This document shows, piece by piece, positions 40,981 through 43,559 of a stretch of 43,559 bases of DNA. Within the stretch, counting starts at the first letter, position 1; every line of letters starts with the position of its first letter. Origin of the DNA: an uncultured Candidatus Saccharibacteria bacterium (GTDB lineage Bacteria; Patescibacteriota; Doudnabacteria; UBA920); contig CAZSSN010000001.1 in assembly GCA_964609785.1 (NCBI GenBank), positions 1 through 43,559 of the forward strand. The letters are read 5' to 3'. Under the pieces are notes generated by a model that was not told the DNA's origin, searched no databases, and saw nothing but the letters and a program-made list of their open reading frames with translations. The position numbers and the translations under genes were made by a program.

Positions 40981-42243
40981 TTAGGTTTTACTCGCATTTT
41001 CACCTGCAAGAAAACCAGTCGTCCAGCAAATTTGTAAACTGTAACCCCCGGACGGACGGTCGAAGTTTAGAATGTCACCAGCTAAGTAAAGATTGCTATA
41101 TAGCTTCGATTGCATCGTTTTAAAATCAATCTCATTCAGAGCAACTCCGCCAGATGTAACAACAGCTTTTTCTACACCCAAGAATCCGCTGACAGACATT
41201 GGCATGGCTTTAATTAACTTAACGATTCTCATTCGATCAGCTTTCGTTAAGCTATTACCTTCAGTCTCTGGGTTGATCTTTGTGAACTGCAAAATAGTAG
41301 GAATCATTTTTGGAGGAACTATCCCACCTAAGTTATTCTTAATTTGCTTGTTCAAAGACTTTCCGAGTAAGTCTAAAAAGTGCTTATCTAATGTGCCGAG
41401 GTCCATGTCCGGATATAGATCAAGTTCTAAATTAACTGGCGCATACTTAAATAGCTCAGCAATCAGTTTACTCATGTTTAAAACTAAAGGACCGCTAATT
41501 CCAAAATGGGTAAGTAGAATTTTGCCAACTCGCGACTCTTGTTTCTTGCCATCTTGATAAACTGTTAATTTGGCGTCCTTGAAACTTACTCCAGAAAGTT
41601 TTTTTACCCAATCGTCCTTTAATGTCACTGGGACAAGAGCAGGATCTGATTCTTCCACGGAGTGGCCAAGCTCTTTCATCCATTCCATACCTTCGCCAGT
41701 AGAACCAGTTTCGGGGCGAGACTTGCCACCTGTGGCAATGACATAATTTTTTGCAGTGTAAATTTGTTTTTTGGTTTTAATGCCTGCAACCTTGCCCTCG
41801 GCATCAAACAAAACTTTTTTAACAGGCGAGTCGGAAATAATTGTAACGCGATTATCTTTTAAATATTTCACCATTACTTTCCATACATCTTCTGCTTTAT
41901 TGCTTTCTGGGAATGCCCGTTGTTCCGCTTCCACTTTTGTTGGCAGGCCGCGACCATTAAAAAAACTGAACGTATCTTCTACGCCGAATCTAGTAAAAGC
42001 TCCATAGAGCGATTTGCCTTTAACTCCATACTTCGCCACCAACTTCTTTACATCAAATTCAGCGTTGGTAATGTTGCATCTACCACCACCAGTAATAAGT
42101 AGTTTCTTGCCAAGTTTGTCGTTCTTTTCTATGAGAGCAACCTTAGCGCCAAGTTCTGCGGCTCTACCCGCTGCCATCATGCCTGCTGGTCCGCCGCCCA
42201 CAACAATTACATCGAAATCAGTTTTAACATCTGCTTTGTTCAT
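40981..42243 (-). CDS. HI0933/YhiN-family NAD(P)/FAD-dependent oxidoreductase
   Basis: DVIVVGGGPAGMMAAGRAAELGAKVALIEKNDKLGKKLLITGGGRCNITN. I prefer the start at MNKADV (42243); the track extends it to 42279. Confidence 0.88.
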   Translation of the reverse strand: MNKADVKTDFDVIVVGGGPAGMMAAGRAAELGAKVALIEKNDKLGKKLLITGGGRCNITNAEFDVKKLVAKYGVKGKSLYGAFTRFGVEDTFSFFNGRGLPTKVEAEQRAFPESNKAEDVWKVMVKYLKDNRVTIISDSPVKKVLFDAEGKVAGIKTKKQIYTAKNYVIATGGKSRPETGSTGEGMEWMKELGHSVEESDPALVPVTLKDDWVKKLSGVSFKDAKLTVYQDGKKQESRVGKILLTHFGISGPLVLNMSKLIAELFKYAPVNLELDLYPDMDLGTLDKHFLDLLGKSLNKQIKNNLGGIVPPKMIPTILQFTKINPETEGNSLTKADRMRIVKLIKAMPMSVSGFLGVEKAVVTSGGVALNEIDFKTMQSKLYSNLYLAGDILNFDRPSGGYSLQICWTTGFLAGENASKT

Positions 42244-42290
42244 AGGGTTATTATAGCTTGGTGGAAGGTAAAGCCCCAAACGCCAAAAAA

Positions 42291-42299
42291 TGTTAGAAT
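42291..42299 (+). promoter_or_regulatory. Extended -10 promoter (TGtTAGAAT) 6 nt upstream of ATG 42306
   Basis: Read directly in the sequence. Confidence 0.4.
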
Positions 42300-42305
42300 A
42301 AGGTT

Positions 42306-43490
42306 ATGAAGTCTATCGTTTTAAAGCCAGAGCGAGATAAGCACGTAAAGAATAAGCACCCCTGGGTTTTCATGGGTGCAATTTTGTCGTATCCAGAATT
42401 TGAAAATGGTGATATTTTGAAAGTCGAAACTTCTACTGGGGGCTTCGTGGGCTATGGATATTTCAACAAAGGTCAGTCTATTTCTGGGCGCATGTTCACT
42501 TTTTCTGATGAAGAAACAGATCCACAAGATGCATTTGTGCAAAATATTAAATCCGCAATTGCTTTACGAAAGAATGCCTTAGCTGCTCAAATTGATGAAA
42601 CAAACGCCTACCGCTTAATTAATGGCGAAGGGGATAACCTGCCTGGTTTAATAGTCGATCGCTACGACAAAGTTTTAGTAATCCAAATTAATACTTTAGG
42701 AATTGAAAAGCTTAAACCTCTAATTTTAAAAACTCTTCAAGAAGAAACAGGGCTAAAGTTGATATACGAAAAGTCCAGTACGCAAACTCGTCGTAAAGAA
42801 GGTTTGCCAGAATTTGAAGGGTGGTTAGTTGGCGAAGCTGAACAACCATTCGAAATAAAAGAACATGGATTAAAGTTTGATGTCAACGTCACTGGCATGC
42901 AAAAGACAGGTTTCTTTTTGGACCAGCGTGAAATGCGTCAGTTAGTACGTGCGTACGCAAAAGATAAAACTGTTTTAAACTGTTTTTCATACACCGGAGG
43001 TTTTAGTGTTTATGCTTTAGCTGGTGGAGCAAAAAAAGTTGATACAGTAGATCTTTCTGAAGCAGCTGTTGAAGGGGCAAAAGTTAATGTGGCGATGAAT
43101 GGTTTCGACGCTGAAAAAGAAAATGGTTTTTTTGCACAAGACGTTTTAAGTTATTTCCGCGATAGCAAAAGCTCCGAGTATGATTTTATAATTTTAGATC
43201 CGCCAGCTTTTGCAAAGAAGGCGAGCGATGTTACAAACGCTTCGCGTGGGTACAGAGACATTAATAGAGCGGCTTTGGAAAAGTTGCCAAAAGGTGGCTT
43301 ACTCTTGACCAGTTCTTGCTCATCACACATAGACAAAGATATGTTTCAGACAATTGTATTTCAGGCTGCAAAAGATGCAAAGCGTAAAGTAAAAATTCTA
43401 AGCTATCATGTTTTAGGTGCAGACCATCCAGTTGATTTATTTTTCCCACAAGGAGACTATCTAAAAAGTTTATTATTGTATATTGAGTAA
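42306..43490 (+). CDS. rlmI: PUA-domain class I SAM-dependent rRNA (cytosine-C5) methyltransferase, RlmI-like
   Basis: N-terminal HPWVF PUA-type motif, YRLINGEGDNLPGLIVDRY, SAM-binding LNCFSYTGGFSVYA, and motif IV ILDPPAFAK. Confidence 0.85.
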   Translation: MKSIVLKPERDKHVKNKHPWVFMGAILSYPEFENGDILKVETSTGGFVGYGYFNKGQSISGRMFTFSDEETDPQDAFVQNIKSAIALRKNALAAQIDETNAYRLINGEGDNLPGLIVDRYDKVLVIQINTLGIEKLKPLILKTLQEETGLKLIYEKSSTQTRRKEGLPEFEGWLVGEAEQPFEIKEHGLKFDVNVTGMQKTGFFLDQREMRQLVRAYAKDKTVLNCFSYTGGFSVYALAGGAKKVDTVDLSEAAVEGAKVNVAMNGFDAEKENGFFAQDVLSYFRDSKSSEYDFIILDPPAFAKKASDVTNASRGYRDINRAALEKLPKGGLLLTSSCSSHIDKDMFQTIVFQAAKDAKRKVKILSYHVLGADHPVDLFFPQGDYLKSLLLYIE

Positions 43491-43521
43491 AGGCTTTGCT
43501 ATTAGCAAAGTCTTTATTTTT
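43491..43521 (+). terminator. Rho-independent terminator
   Basis: CTTTGCT-att-AGCAAAG followed by a T-rich tract. Downstream lie an extended -10 TGaTATAAT (43526..43534), an SD AAAGGAAAA and an ATG at 43554 that starts the next gene at the window edge. Confidence 0.6.
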
Positions 43522-43559
43522 ATCGTGATATAATATAAAAAAGGAAAAACAATATGCCG

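Noticed and set aside
41093-42256. Plus-strand ORFs 41093..41557, 41662..41862, 41771..42007, 41920..42102 and 42014..42256, and minus-strand ORF 41495..41683
   Set aside because: They are antisense or out-of-frame overlaps within the motif-supported HI0933-family flavoprotein gene.
1-43559. CRISPR arrays, rRNA genes, IS elements with terminal inverted repeats, and stop-codon reassignment (for example UGA as a sense codon)
   Set aside because: I saw no regularly spaced direct repeats, no rRNA-like stretches and no transposase ORFs. Long motif-supported genes close on TAA, TAG or TGA without in-frame stops, so the standard code fits.

Overview
This 43.6 kb window looks like a chromosomal segment of a low-GC bacterium with small, tightly packed genes. 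The gene content is compatible with a Patescibacteria/CPR (Saccharimonadia-like) epibiont, but that placement is inference only. The housekeeping backbone comprises mnmA (5' partial), tRNA-Gln(CUG), ppa, an alkyltransferase-like protein, a DUF218 protein, an isolated rplJ-rplL pair with a long leader, lexA, galE, trhO, an arsR/FMN-reductase pair, engB, an HI0933-type flavoprotein and an RlmI-like methyltransferase. There are also two large envelope proteins: an 876-aa secreted protein with C-type lectin, Ig-like and peptidoglycan-binding domains, and a DUF11-repeat protein with a sortase-type tail. The dominant feature is a ~17 kb integrated element (1905..18891) inserted in the 3' end of tRNA-Gln and bounded by an exact 19-bp direct repeat. 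It encodes a large serine recombinase, TerS/TerL, a ParB-DNA methyltransferase and a LexA/CI-type S24 repressor with a divergent switch. I recognise no capsid, portal, tail, lysis or replication genes in it. It carries two cargo modules. (i) A five-gene minus-strand operon (2442..8888) encodes a membrane-anchored GrpE-like protein, an atypical 835-aa Hsp70, an HPD-less J-like membrane protein, a coiled-coil single-pass membrane protein and a classic AAA+ ATPase. This is my top candidate for an undescribed conflict/defence system. (ii) A cluster co-directional with the repressor (15778..18638) encodes DUF2188, a minimal ThsB-type TIR protein, a small 3-TM protein, a Zn-ribbon protein and a putative HEPN (RNxxAH) protein. 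A recurrent extended -10 element placed 6-9 nt before start codons suggests widespread leaderless mRNAs. I saw no CRISPR array, no rRNA and no sign of stop-codon reassignment.
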